This document shows, one piece after another, positions 13,787 to 27,622 of a stretch of DNA of 64,000 nt (its first letter is position 1; every line of letters begins with the position of its first letter). The stretch is from Trichosphaerium sp. ATCC 40318 (lineage: Eukaryota; Protista; Tubulinea). The stretch lies in the NCBI GenBank assembly GCA_038496445.1, contig JALMLS010000322.1:744001-808000 (forward strand), given 5' to 3'. The translations under genes were made by a program, and so were the position numbers. The notes beneath the pieces were generated by a model that was not told the origin of the DNA, did not search any database, and saw only the letters and a program-made list of their open reading frames with translations.

Positions 13787-15884
13787 GTCTGGGTAATGTC
13801 ATTCAATGTTGTGAAGTGACTGGTGTTATTTACCTAACAATGTTGTTCACTGTTTATATATAAAACTATTTGTTGACCATTCACAGAGCCTTCAGTTTCG
13901 ACTCTTGCATGTTGGTTTTGACAACAACTGAACAAAATTCGTTCAACTGCAAGTCTATGGAGAATACGACCCAAAGTACGAAAATCGAGTTCCTAAATTA
14001 CACCAGTTGCTCTTTTTTTCGTTTTTTTAACGTTTAGCTTGTGCTTGCAAATTTATTACACTTTGTCCACAAGCTACAAGATGTTCTATGAACGAAACCC
14101 ACTTGTACTTGACTTGGTGTATTTATTTGAGTGACAACGTGTTGTTTGCAATTTCTATTCTATAATGCCTAAACGCCTAAGATAAACTGCTAACAAACCA
14201 CCAAGATTATGAGTTTAATTTGTATGTAGTTGTACCACAACTGATGATTGTATTACCTTAATCGCATGAACAATCATTGCTGTTTTGCATACCAGCTGTA
14301 GAGCCAGATTATGTAAGCACTCCACTTTTAAAACAAAATTATTTTGATGTTAAAAATAGTTTTTTATGATTGACGCTTGAGTAAATAGTAGCTATACATA
14401 CTGTAAATAATATATAGAGAGCACGAAACATTCACCAGCAGTGATGTAGCCTACAATGACTCTAAAAAATAGTGTAATTTTGTGACTTTTTAAGCATTGT
14501 TTAGCTAAGTTATACTTATTGCACGCATTATCAATTATGTTTTCATCACTTTGAGTATGTGTCAATGGTCGTATTTAAAAGCCTCAAAGCATGTTGTTGA
14601 AAAGTAAACGCACAATAAAGTGCCTCAAATGTGGGAGTTTGTTGAATGATATTTGATGAAACAAAAGGTTTACTATTCTACACTGATGTTATATGTTATG
14701 TTCTACACTTTTCTTCATTAGAAAATGAGTATATGGTATAGTGGTACCACTATGATCAATTGTAAAAATATGCATGCCAATAGCGTTTGCACCAAAAGTA
14801 CTCACTTACATTTTTTTTTTCCCAAAGTTATCAAACAATCAATTTTACATCTCAGTTATTGCCACCGATATACTCACATGCGTTGCAAGTGAAGTATTTT
14901 AGCTGGCACATTTATGTGTTTTTAAAAATGCCCAGTTTTCTAAAGCTGGAATTTTTCGTAAAACCAATATTAAAGGCTAGGGCCAAAACGGTCCAAACTG
15001 TGAATATGTAGAAACAGAAGTATATGAGCTGTTTATATAGTTTAGAGAATATCGATGGCATTGCCTGGCATTATACTTTTTTCTTGCCTTTTTGTTTTAA
15101 ACGGCGTTTTATGCTTGGAAACGATTCTACGCATGAATAACGCTTATATAGTATTGTTCTTTGATTTTAAAGAGCAATTAACTTTTTTAGCTACTAAACG
15201 CTGTTAGAATTAAAGGTTACTTTGCCTACCGACTTTACATAACTAAGACAACGGTTGGGAGGAAAGACAAAACGTCTTAGTGGCTGTTGCAGCGCACTGA
15301 GGTGTTGTATATTCACCAGACACTACAGTACAAAAATTGCTGAAAAGGGGATTTTTTACAAAGAAATATAGGATATATAAGGGAGGGAAAGGGGTGTTTG
15401 CTGCTAGCCATAGTTGATACTTGTGATGCTTCGTTTGTTAAAGTTGAAAAGTCAAAGTCACGGTCACCGGTCCACCTTATTCAAACGTTCGAAATGGGTC
15501 ACATATTCGATCATAAAACACTTATAACTTCATTTCCTACATATTTGGAACAATTAAAAGGCTGTGTAATGTGCAGGCATCATGAAACCGTGTTCAAGGA
15601 GTTTATGTTGCTACTTTCCTTTTAAGGCAAATAGTTTTTGCTTTTAAGTAAGTACTTTATTCCACGCTTACAACGTAATTTTATGCTCTCACACTCCACC
15701 ACCTTATTTAACAGCATCTTTTAAAGCCGATAAGCATGTGTGGAATGCATACGTAATCTGGCTCTATAACGTTTGAAATTAATTCTATTAACGCTTATCG
15801 TTGTATACAATCAACAAGCTATGGAGATAAATGTCAACAACAGTTTGAGTAATGATTGCATGATGGAAATAGTATCTGGCAATG

Positions 15885-16660
15885 ATTGAAAACGTATCAA
15901 CCAATCTAAATCTAGATCTATCAAAGCATTTCAATCAATCACATGATTTGGTTCATATTCATGCTGAAATGACATTTATATTTGATTACAAGTACACAAA
16001 TTATCACAACACAGTGTTCAATCAGGTAATATCAATCTAATCGATTAAGTGTTGTGGTTATTTTAGGCTCTTTTCACCATTCAAACAGCTAATAAACAAC
16101 AATCACCACTTCTCGTATCACAATATAATGTACTCAAGCTTGTATCTAATCTGTATATGCACTTTATGTACGTCAACTGTGGCACTACGACAGCCTTTTT
16201 GTTTCACTTGTTTTACAAAATAATTTCAAGTTATCAATCTCATCATATTGTAGTATTATCAATAGCTACCTGCAATATCATTTTTCCAGACGCTGTGAGA
16301 GTTAAATCTCACCGTACGCTTACTGGAGGAAGCAAATATGCCTTTAAAGATTGTACTCAGCAAAACAGTAGGCAACCCGACATAGTAATTGCTTTCTGTG
16401 CTTACACTATGTTTTTTTAAGTTGAGACTGTTACTTGTACTAGCACAAATGGTGAAGTATTGCTAATTTACAAAACTGATATGAGAGGTAAGCTTTAACT
16501 GGTATAAGAGATACATTCTAATCAAGTTGTTGCTTTCTTTTAGAAGGATATCTCACATTGGATACTGTGCCGTATGTATTTCTTGGCCATGAACCTGATG
16601 CTAATCACGATAATATAAGACGAGGTCATATCCCTGGATATCCAGGAATTTCCTTTTCTT
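15885..16660 (+). CDS. Orphan multi-exon gene or gene fragment, copy B (direct repeat of ~9625-10420)
   Basis: Long near-identical blocks shared with 9625-10420; exons ATCNIIFPDAVRVKSHRTLTGGSKYAFKDC / TCTSTNGEVLLIYKTDMR / EGYLTLDTVP. Confidence 0.45.
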
Positions 16661-17093
16661 TTACGACAATGAACTATCTATTTAATAAACTACTATAATC
16701 TCTTCTCAACTGAACAAGATATTGGCTTGTGTACAAAACAACTTTGCAATACCAGAATACAATTGCTTGCTTTCACTCTTAGAAATTACTCAACAGTGTT
16801 AATGCTGCGCCAATATTTGAAAGCCATACAAGCGATGTTGCGACTTGAAATAAAGCCATTCATTTTAAATCAAGATACTTTTTAAAAGGCTACCTATGTT
16901 AACAACCCATCGTTATCAACAATTGTTCTATGTGCACATTTTAGCTCCGACTAAAAAGTAGTTGTACATTGATTCGGCATTTTGGTAGCTACGAAATTAA
17001 TGGTATGTTTGACACTTGGCGAATCCATGTAAAGAAGAGTTTTAAATGTCCAGTTCTTTACAATGTCTTTTTTTATTATTTTTCAAGAAAGTA

Positions 17094-20000
17094 CTATGAA
17101 GTAGTGTCGTGTGTTATTTTACAATTATGTTCTTGCACAACTTCATGCCAAGATAACTCTACCCTTTCTCTCCATAATCTAGGAAACTTTGGTTTACCTA
17201 GTTTAGTATATCCCTACAAAACAAGGTATAAACAAAAAAATATTAAATCATCAATTTGAGCTCGTACAGAGTAACGAATAGTTAAAACGGTATCAGGTGC
17301 AGGTGGGTTATGCCAATCCCAGTTTGAGCAAGCCACGGCTAGCATATCTTCTTGAGGAGTCATGCAAATAAGGTAACCTCCTTTAACATTCCTCGTAAAC
17401 ATCTTGACTTCCATATCTTGGTCAGGCTATTTGAAAAAAGTCAAGTTAATTCCTAATGCATGATGAATTGTTACCTTGACTTTTAAAGCTCTTTCTGATC
17501 GCCCTGATACGTAGGTAGAACCAGGCTCGCGGAGAACAATTCCTTCACCACCATGATCAACAACCAAGGAAACTTTAGACTCAACATGTCGACGTCCAAA
17601 GCACTGACTGTACTGTACAAGTTTCAAGAAAGGTACATTTAGCATTGGTACCCTTCGCTCAAAAAACCGCCGGCGCTCTATAATAATAACTTATAAACTT
17701 TTTTCTATGTCTTAACATACCTTCAAATGATACATTAGGCATGGGAGTATCAAAAACATGAAACGTTATACCTAAAGGATAAGACTTAACAAAACAACCC
17801 TTTTTGAGCTAAAAGGAAAGAAGCACATGTGTCAGTTTATGAGTATAATAATAATAATTAGTTATTATATATCAAGGTTGTCATAGATAATTAGTTATTA
17901 TATATCAAGGTTGTCATAGATAATTAGACTTTGATGAAAACCATGAAGATTTGCAACATAGAAAGAAAAAAAAATAAGAAAAAGTGAAAAATCCTACCTG
18001 ACCACTGTTCACGTTTGAATAAGTCGTTCAATAAACGCTCATGATCAGGTTTATTCAGACTAGATCATTGCATTAGCATTTTCAATATAGCAGGTAGTTT
18101 CGTTGACGTACCAAAGCTCTCCATCAAGAGGGAAGTTTGGAAGTTGATCAAGTATTGAATCAGGTGCTGGTATTTGTTTTCCTCTCCTTGAAAACAGCAT
18201 CTCACCGGTCCAGTACGCCCTAATACCATCAAACTTCTCTGAAAAGTACCTAACAAACTTAGTTAACACTGAAATGTTACTTTCTTTTTGGTACCATCCA
18301 CAAGGATTGTGGTATTTTCTATATAACGACAACTGCAGGATTTGATTCTTAATACTCGCTGTATTTGTAGTTAGTTTAGTGCCTTAATCAACATTTTGTC
18401 ATACCTTCAGCAGCAAAGTATTTATTATATGGTACTTTTAGCAGTGGTTCAGTTTTGCCGTGAGAGATTGATAGCTTAACATCTGGTCTATAATTAAAGT
18501 AAAGTTAGAAGGCTGAGCGAAGCAATTTCCAAAACCTGAAATGATGTATTGTTGCTGCGAGACTCTCAGCATCATTCTATTTAACATGGTAAGTATGTAT
18601 GTATTATGATAGTCATGGATACCTTCCACCAATAAGGTATTGGAACCAGAGTGATGCCTAGAAGTGAATTTAATATTGAATGAAAAGTAGTGATGTTACT
18701 GTACCAAATTCAATTGCTAGTTTTTTCTTTTCTCTATCACGTTCTTCATACGTCAGTGCCATACCATATAAATCATGGTAATGTTGCTCGCCTATTTTGA
18801 AATAAGACATAAAAAACGAGCTGAAAAGCAAAAAGGTAACAAACTGAGACTATCAATCAACTTCACAAGTACTCAGCTGTTAAGTAATAACACCCATTGA
18901 TTGTAATCAGTATTCCTTACCTTGGTACTCCAACGCAAGTTTTAGTTCTGGAACATAAACATCAAGAGAATAACCACAATACCACTGGTGCTCCTCTAAT
19001 ATTTTTACACGAGGTAGAACAAACTTTGCCATTTCCCGCATCCACCTTTAAAAAAATCAAAATCTTTGTCACACATACTAATTTGCTTACCTTTGTCTTG
19101 ATTTTTTATTTCGGCGCTTAAAAAGAGGCCAATACCAAGGAAATTCCGGATAAAGTATTTTTAGTACTCTCGGAAAGTACCTCAGAATTCCTGTTCCACC
19201 AAGCTGAATGAGCTGTTCGTGAGATACACGAAGCCTAAAAAAGGTTATTAACAATGTTATGAGATCATTTAATACATTACCAATCTTGTGGTTCATCAAG
19301 CTTCAACTTGACTTCAACACGTTTTAGGAATGTTACAATGTTTTCCATCTTTGTCCAAAACCCTCTTGGTTTATTCTTTGTTGGAATCTTTGATACCCTT
19401 CTCTTACGTCTTTTCTTTATCTTAAACTTCCGCTCATCCCATTTAAAATTATCATATACAGCACCAAGAGTCCTAAACAGTGACCCGCCATGCCTACGTT
19501 CAAAGTAAATGAGCACATAGTATTTGGGAAAAACACAAAAAAAAGTTCTCAGAAAAAAGTTGAAAGCACGTGCTGACGAATTATACTTGATCCTCTATCA
19601 TGTACCATCTGTTTCTTAACCTTATACCAATCATTTAAAATCTTAATCTTAAGCTCCTCTGCAATAGCATTAAATCTTGTGTACTGGTTTTCTTTAACTT
19701 CCCAATGACGATGAGGTGCTTTACTAATATTGTACAAATTAGTTACATCTGTGTCAATATGAACACGTGCTCAAAACTAGATGGTATCCACTCATGATTT
19801 GGATATAAAGCTTGAAGCATCCTGATTGTTGAGTTACCATACCTAAAAGAAACGAGCGAATGTCAAACTCTTGGTAAAAGACTTCTCGTTTTTTTCTTAC
19901 TTGGCAATTAACCCTGCGCCACCGTGACTAATGATGTCATCTTTTCTTATTTTATACATGTCATCAAGTTCCACAATATCAAGCTTACTTTTAATTTCAT

Positions 20001-20540
20001 TGAACATATCCCGTTGGTTCTGTATGTTGTCCCAAAAATGTTTGGGAACCTTTCTAATGATACTGGTCACTAACAACAAAACAGAAAAAAAAGTATTGCG
20101 AACGTGAAACCAAAGTCATTCCATTCTATATTTGGATAAATTGTTTTCAACGCTGTAGAAACAGAGCTCTGGTATCTATTTCACATTAAAATTATAACAA
20201 AAGTAAGTAACCTGGATACCAAACCACGTGATGATTGGAAAAAAAAAAAGCAAAAAAGAACATACTTGTTTAGGATACTACGACCTCCTACAGCGTGTAC
20301 TTCTTTTTTTGTGACTCCATACCTACTCAATATTACTCGGGGACTACTAGTTTAGGTATACCAATAGCTTGAATCGATTATTCTCAATTCAGGTGCGACA
20401 ACTGTGTCAAAAAAATGTCTTTGGTTTGAAACAACATTCCAATGACCTGATGGCGCTCTGGGACGTTTTGGGACTGAAAACACGTCAATATTTTCACAAT
20501 TTCGTATTGAAGCGCGTATACGTAGAAACGGCGTGCGCAT
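17094..20540 (-). CDS. Fusion protein: 4 Trp-rich ~70-aa repeats + Vsr/DUF559-like PD-(D/E)xK nuclease domain + ATP-dependent DNA ligase (adenylation + OB domains)
   Basis: Manual splicing gives a continuous frame. Repeats begin P.(G/H)(H/F)W....N; nuclease-like LDVYVPELKLALEYQGEQHYH...RDREKK...GITLVPIPYWW; ligase motifs SEKFDGIRAYW, LDGEL, FHVFD, GEGIVLR, LKVK and GKPKFPR. The start codon is uncertain. Confidence 0.85.
17854..17927. repeat. 33-bp tandem duplication inside a ligase-gene intron
   Basis: ataattagttattatatatcaaggttgtcatag x2 plus a partial third copy. Confidence 0.9.
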
Positions 20541-20753
20541 GTCATTTTTACGACGTTGTAATGCCTTACAGACCCTTACCTACTTTTGTGGCTGCAATAG
20601 CACTTATTTTGCCACTAGCCATCACAACACACCGCTTTACACATAATCTAGGCGGTTATACGTCTGTACAGAATCATACAATAATCTTAAAAGGTCAATA
20701 CAAGTAAACAAAAAAGAACTTCAATTATTTATTATTTAAAGGTTTAATTGTTT

Positions 20754-22704
20754 TTACAAGCATTCGATAACCTCAGCACGGCCTGGACCAACACCGATCC
20801 AACCGACCTTAACGTTCATTTCACTTTCGATCCTAAGATGAAAGAGTTAGATACATAGCACAGATAAAAAAGTGGTGCAAAAAAAAGAAAAAAAAAAAGA
20901 AGACGTACTTCTTAACGTAGTTCTTGGCGTTCTCTGGCAAGTCTTCAAACTTTCTAACACCAGTGATATCTTCTGTCCATGCAGGCATAGTAATATACTC
21001 AGCGGTTACGCCCTAAATAACAAATAAACACGAGAAAACAATTCAAAGAAAAAAATTACACGTACTTCTAGTACTTTGATTGAACCTGGCATGCCTTGTA
21101 GTTCTTTACCTTCGTACATGTACTTAGTGCATAATTTTAGTTCTGGTGCATTGCTTAGAACATCCAACTTTGTGATACAAATGTAGTCAAATCCGTTGAT
21201 CTGTGAAGAGTACTTCAATTGAACCTTTTAAATTTGTAAATATGGTTGTTAACTTAGATAAAAAGTAACAACTTACAAGGTCGATCCATCCACAACGTCT
21301 TGGTCTTCCAGTAGTAGTACCAAACTCGTGTCCAACCTTTTGAAATTGAGTACCAGCTGGTCCTTCATCCTCAGTAGGGAATGGTCCAGCACCAACTGTA
21401 GTTACAGTTAATTAACCACAAAATAAAAACAAAAAGTAGTTTAAAGAAAAAACCATACCTCTTGTTGAGTATGCCTTCACAACACCGATTACCTTACCAA
21501 CAAATTTTGGTGGAATACCCAATCCCTAATACAAGGATAAGTCTTTCTTTACCAAGGACCTGGAATAAAAAAAACGTACAGCGCAAGCACCACCAGAAAT
21601 AGGATTTGAAGAGGTAACATAAGGATAAGTACCAAAGTCAATATCCAACATTGCTGCGTTAGCGCCTTCAATAAGAACACGTTTGTTGTCCTAAGAACAT
21701 GTCAATATAATGTGGTTTACTTCTAGGTGCGAGCTGTATTTACCTTGAATGCAGTATGGAGATATTGGACACCATCAACAATCATGTGATCAATCTTCTT
21801 TAACAATTGTTGGTACTTCTCAAGTTCGGCTGCTACGTCAACGTTGAAGTCTCCAGTGTAAGCCCATCTCTTACTGTGACCCTAGTCATTAAAGATGAGC
21901 AATGAAGCTAGGTTTTAAAAAAAAAAGGTCATCTTACAGCTACAAGACGCTCAAGCTTGTCCTTCATTAGCTCTGGGAATTTCAAATCACCCACGCGAAT
22001 ACCGGTTCTAGTACATACGTTAGAGTCTTTGCAGCAACGTGAAACGAAAGGAACACGATTTTTTGACATGCCAACAACAAAACGTACCTTGACATTTTAT
22101 CAGCGTAACATGGACCAATACCGCGCTTAGTAGTGCCTAGTTTCTTTCCTGTACCAGAAGAACGTTCTAAATAATGTTAGGCATTGTTTATACGCGTTTT
22201 GATCAATGTTTGCTGAGGTATAGAAAAGTTTGCGCACCAACTTCGTTCAAGCCGTCAATTGTCTTGTGCATGCCTAAGACAACATGTGCGCGGTCTGAAA
22301 TGAAAAATCTGTCTGTTCATTGTTTAGTGAGTGCTAAACTCGGAGATGGTTACCTTTGTAATCAATGTTGCTCTTTTCGAGACCCGCCAATTCGCCAAGT
22401 AAAGTTTCGATGCAAACAACGACGCCATTTCCAATGAAACAAACAGCGTCAGGGTATAAAATACCCGAAGGAACCAAGTGAAAGGCGTGTTTAACTTTGT
22501 CTACGACAATAGTGTGTCCTGCAGCTCTTTAGACTTGTAGACTTATTAAAAATCGCTCGTACCAGCATTAGAACCACCGTTGTAGCGACAAATAACATTT
22601 GCTTTCTCAGACAGCAGATCTATCAGTTTTCCTTTTCCTTCGTCGCCCCATTGTGCTCCGACAATCACTGTAGCGACTCCAGTCGATAATTCGTAACTGC
22701 TCAT
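20754..22704 (-). CDS. purA: Adenylosuccinate synthetase
   Basis: [63 protein letters not shown] and WIGVGPGR motifs across canonical GT-AG exons. Confidence 0.97.
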
Positions 22705-23222
22705 TGTGTATTTATTTTCAAATGACAACAATAGCTAAGAATCAGCGCGACCAATTTATGTGAACACCTTTCAACAGCATTCTTCGTGTATATTGTTCAG
22801 CAATACACTTTACCGTAAATTAATGTAGTCGAAAACGCTCGCCCAGTTTAAACGCGTATAATGGCGGTTGCAAATAGCACCTCTTTGCGACAACAGCGTA
22901 TAGAATACGTCCCCTGTATTTTTGTTGAGTTTGGTTAACCTTAGAAACAAAAAAAATATTAACGCATTAAACTCTGTCTCAAAACAACCTCCAGCGCCAT
23001 AGGCAAAACCGTTGAAACTAGTTTGAATAATATTTTGTACAACCTGTTAAGAACGCGTTTTACGTATCGTTTAACTGTTACGCCCTTTTCTCTATTCGCG
23101 CCTAGTCTTTCCGGCGATTTTGGTAAGCCTAGATTTCAACCAACAAAGCACACTTTTGTTTCGGTCGTTCGCACAATGCGACTTTAGAAATCCCTACAAA
23201 AATGCTCTAATGCGTAATACTT

Positions 23223-26200
23223 ATGTCAGACTACGAACAATGCGACTACGATTACTCTGGTTCTGAAGGTTCGTCCTACGTGGATGGTGACGACGCCTTT
23301 GTATCAAGCGATGAGGATTTGGAACCCTACAGTGACGAGTGCGTTGAAATAGACGTAAACGCGAAGTTAGATATTTTGGGTCCGAAAAATAGCTACAAAA
23401 CAGCAACCAATGGCACGAGGGTACGTCTTTATATCAATAAAAAACCTCAGCTCTTTTTTTTGTATTTTTTTAGGCTTTTTTTTTTTCGTGCTAATGAATG
23501 ACTGTAGAATGGCGCTTGGATCACTATTGGTGAAAAGGAAGCAATACAGTTTGAGAGAAAACTAGAAATTGCAAAAAGGCGAGCTCCAAGGCCATCCTTT
23601 CGTGAAATTACAAAACCACATCCATTCCAAACATCGTTTCTACGCCCTAAATCGTATGTGAGGTATCTAGGTAAGAAAACAATTTTTTTTTTTTCGGTGG
23701 TTTGTTGACGCCTTTTACCCCTCAGACAAAGCGCCTGGTGAGGTTGATTTCACTAGCGAAGGCGTTGAGTATGAGATTGATGACCAGGATAGTCGCTGGC
23801 TTGACAATTATAACGCATCCTGTGGTACGAGAATTTAAAATTAAAACGTTTTTTTTTTCAAATTCTTTTTTCGCTCTAGTGAGCTACGCGCTTACTTTAC
23901 TTCACTTGACTGTTTCTTGCTTTGTATTAGTTCACTAACACACAACAAGATGAGTCTCAACATATAGACTCTGAAGATTTTGAAGAGTGGATTGACATTT
24001 TAGAAAAAAACGCGTATCACAAAGTACGCAAGAATTGTTTTCTAAAAGTTTTGTTTAATCTAATATGTTGTTTAGTACCAGGAACTGGGGTTAGATATTA
24101 ACGACAATGAAGAAGTTTTTTGTTCAGTTTGCCTAGTACGACATTTTTTTTTGATTTTTTTTTTGAATTATTTGATTGTTAACAAAATCAACGCTTTTAG
24201 ACATCAGATTCTGATGATACAAATAAGATTGTATTTTGTGATGAGTGTGATATACCTGTTCATCAGCAATGCTATGGAATACGTCTTATTCCTGAAGGAC
24301 AGTGGTATTGTTGTGCTTGTGCAGCGCGTAAAAAACCTAAATGCAATATGTGTGGGAAAAAAGGTAAGTCAAACTAAGTCATTTACATTCTTCTCTTAAG
24401 CATTATCTACGCGTAGATTGTTCCGTTTATTTACCCTTAATTTTTCTGAAATAAATTATTTTGTCAGGTTTGAAATATTAAACTGTAGTAATAGGCGGTG
24501 CTATGAAACCAACTTTTAATTTTGATCATTGGGTGCATGTTCAATGCGCTCTATGGACTCCACAGATGTCCTTCTTCGAACCAGATTGTTGTGGTAGTCC
24601 TTATTATGCTGAAAGGATAAATACTAAGCGTAAAATGTGCTACTTGTGCAAAAATCGCGTTGGGTATCCTGTCAAATGTTACTCAAGGTACTTTCACTGA
24701 ATTCATTTAATTTTTTATATCTGTTGTTTATGGTCATAAGCCCATTATCCGGTTAGGAACTGTCAAATTTTTTATCACGTTACTTGTGCTCAACGCAATT
24801 GTCTTGCTGTGGTTATACAGGAGGATGATGAAGGCAATTTTGAATACAAATCGTGGTGTGGCCGGCATACACCTCAACAGTACAGGTACATATCATTTAT
24901 ATTCGCGTTTTCTAGCTGGTGTACTCGCTGTATATTTTGCGTAAATTTGTTTTGGCTACTTGCACTAAACTCATGAAATCTTGTAGAATGAAACGAAAAC
25001 GCGAGTTACAAATGCGTAAGGATAAGCAAGAACGTATGCAAAAGCGTTTACGTGGTATTAAGCGCAGATTATCAACTAAACAGAGACAAAGCTTGAACAT
25101 AAGCCAAGCAACAGTCAAAACAGATTGGTGGGATTCAAGCAGTGACTCAGTATGGTTTTCATTTTAATTTATTTACGCACGAGGTAACACGGTATTTAGG
25201 AGTCTGATGCAAAGGGTAGACAAGCACGTAAGAAGCGTACTGCTCAGTTTCGGTTTTGTGGTGGTTTAGAGCTTTCTAATGCAAGAAAATTGATTAAAAA
25301 ACCACCTCCTATTGTTGGTGTTGTTTTCAAGTATTGGGCTAAGAGAAGGACTGGTAAGTGTTGTGAGAACTATGATTGTGAGGATTTAACTTATTGTAGA
25401 ACGTCATGGTTTGCCTCTTTTGAAGCGCTTACAGGTATGGTTTAACTTCTTTCTTATTGCACACCTTTTACTTTATTTCTAATGGAATTTGTAGCCTTCC
25501 ATTGTTCTTAATCTTCGTGGTGAACTCAGCGAGCGCCCAGAGGATATGGTATAGAATTTACGTTGTTTATTTGTACTTACTGTGTTTTGTAGACTTTGGA
25601 AGAACTAGATGAAAACGTTAATCATCTCAAACAATACCGTTTCTGGATTGAGCAACTACGAACATTATTACAAGTAATAAAGTACGTAATCGTACACGAG
25701 TAGCCAATCGATTCTTTCTTTTTTTTTGGTTTAGTGCACTAAGCTTTGATTTCTTATTCTTCTTTTTACAGAACTCGTGAGTTGCAGAAGAACAAATATA
25801 TCCAGTCTACTGTTGATATTTTTGATATGAAGCACAAACCATGGGTAAAAGCTGCTAGAGACTTTGTGGAAATCTTGCGAGCGTGCGTATTGCTCTTTTT
25901 GTATTGTATGGCTTACCTTGTTTAGCGAAGACACTCAAAAGATTTTCTGGTATCCAGTGTCACGAGAGGAAGTACCAAAGTATGAAAGTTATGTCTCAAG
26001 TCCAATGGATCTATCTACAATTGAGACGAAACTTAATACTTGGGAGTACGAGGATGAGTCAGAGGTTATGGTACGTCAATCTTGGAGATCTCCGTTTGAA
26101 GAAAGTTTTTGCTAAGTCAGTATTAGGATGACTTAACGTTGATGTTTGATAATGCTATTGATTTTAACGATGTAGACACGATATTCTACAATGAGGCTGT

Positions 26201-27363
26201 ACGGCTAAAGAAGTTAACATATGAATTAGCAGGAATGAAGATTGAAATTAAACAAGAAATACAGCCAGAATTACCGAAACCGCAAACTAAGCACCAAAAC
26301 GCCAAGCGTAATGGAAAGGTATTAAGACGTAGTTATAGTCGGCATGATGATTCTGATTTTGCTGATTACGAAGACAAAGTTGAATCTGAGGACTTTGACG
26401 AGGCTTCTGAGGTATGTATTAAAATCACCCAATTTTTTTTGACATGGAAAAAAGTCAACGTTTGGTAAAGCTTTCGTTTACTCACGCACTGTTTAGCATA
26501 CTCAAGGTTATTATATGGGTTCGGACTATGATGATGAAGAATCAAGTGAAGTACCTGTAGTGGTAACTCCTGTTAGAAAAAAGAAAAAAGTTAAGGTCAA
26601 AACTAAAAACGTTAAAAAGGTCAGGAAAATTAAAGCTCGCGCATCACTATCGAATGGAAGACCAAAAAAGAAACGACGACCGAAATCGCGCGTAGCTTAT
26701 TCGAACTACACAGAGTCTTCAAGTGCTAGTAAAGATCATTCATTGTCTTCATCATCAAGCGAGTACTATGAAGCACCTCCCAAAAAGCCTTCTGTAAAGA
26801 AAAAAAAGCGGTACAAGAAAAAAGAACAAAAAAAGAGAAAAAAACCAAAGAAGAAGGGTCAGCGTATTCTACACTCAAATGGCTACTCCTCAGGGGAGTT
26901 TTACCCAGAAGAAGATATGGTTGATCCAAATGATAACTTTGAGCCTCCAGTACGAACAAGAGAAATAGAGGATGATGATCATCAGTATGATTATAGTAGT
27001 GATGAACCTCAGAAGGGTTACAGGAAAAAAACACGTAAGGATAGAAAAAAATATAAAAGTCACAAAAAACAAAACTTTAACGGGCAAAAACCAGGAGGGA
27101 GTAGGTCAAAATCTAAAAAAAGAAAAGTGTCTTCTTCTTCTCACACAAAAAAAAAACAAAAACAACAACAACAAGAGCAAAAAGTTACACAACATAGGAA
27201 GACTACAAAACGCAAGCGTGATCATACATCTTCGTCTTCTATTGCTGTAAACACTCGGAAGAGGAAAAAGCGTAAAGCAGCAGTAAGAGTAAGAAGTAAA
27301 GTGACCTCACTTCCTCCTGATAGTATAAGCTATGAGGAGAGTAGTTCAATGTCGTGGTCATGA
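23223..27363 (+). CDS. BRPF/Nto1/JADE-like chromatin protein (EPL1-like, PHD-Zn knuckle-PHD, bromodomain, K/R/S-rich tail)
   Basis: [10 protein letters not shown] (EPL1-like); [15 protein letters not shown] and [11 protein letters not shown] (PHD/PZP); bromodomain FWYPV..EEVPKY...[14 protein letters not shown]...MFDNAIDFN; low-complexity final exon 26515-27363. Confidence 0.9.
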
Positions 27364-27622
27364 AAAAAAAAAAAAAAAAAAAGAAAAAGGAAAAAGGAAA
27401 AAAAAAAGAAAATGTATGTAATGTTTTTTTTTGGCTTAAACGCTCAGCTGTTATTTATTTTGTGAATAGCGTTTTTTGTATGTACAATAAAAAAGGTGTA
27501 AATTTGGTCAGTAGATTTGTTTCAAACAACTGTGGTTCTTTTATGGGGTTGCTGATGTTCATAGTAATTACTATGTGCTACTTTATTTTAGATTTATATT
27601 AATGTTAATAGTTGTATGTATA

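Larger units (their letters stand above)
12085..13925. repeat. Right arm of the inverted duplication
   Basis: Reverse complement of parts of 6433-9500. It lacks ~6730-7925 and ~9166-9347 of the left arm. Confidence 0.9.

Noticed and set aside
6400-20600. Endogenous giant-virus insertion (MORN repeats, small ligase, nuclease)
   Set aside because: No viral hallmark genes (capsid, packaging ATPase, polymerase) were seen, and the genes are intron-rich with host-like composition. Only gene-level exchange remains possible.
27354-27602. Poly-Lys ORF after the BRPF-like gene
   Set aside because: It arises from an A-rich tract in the 3' UTR.
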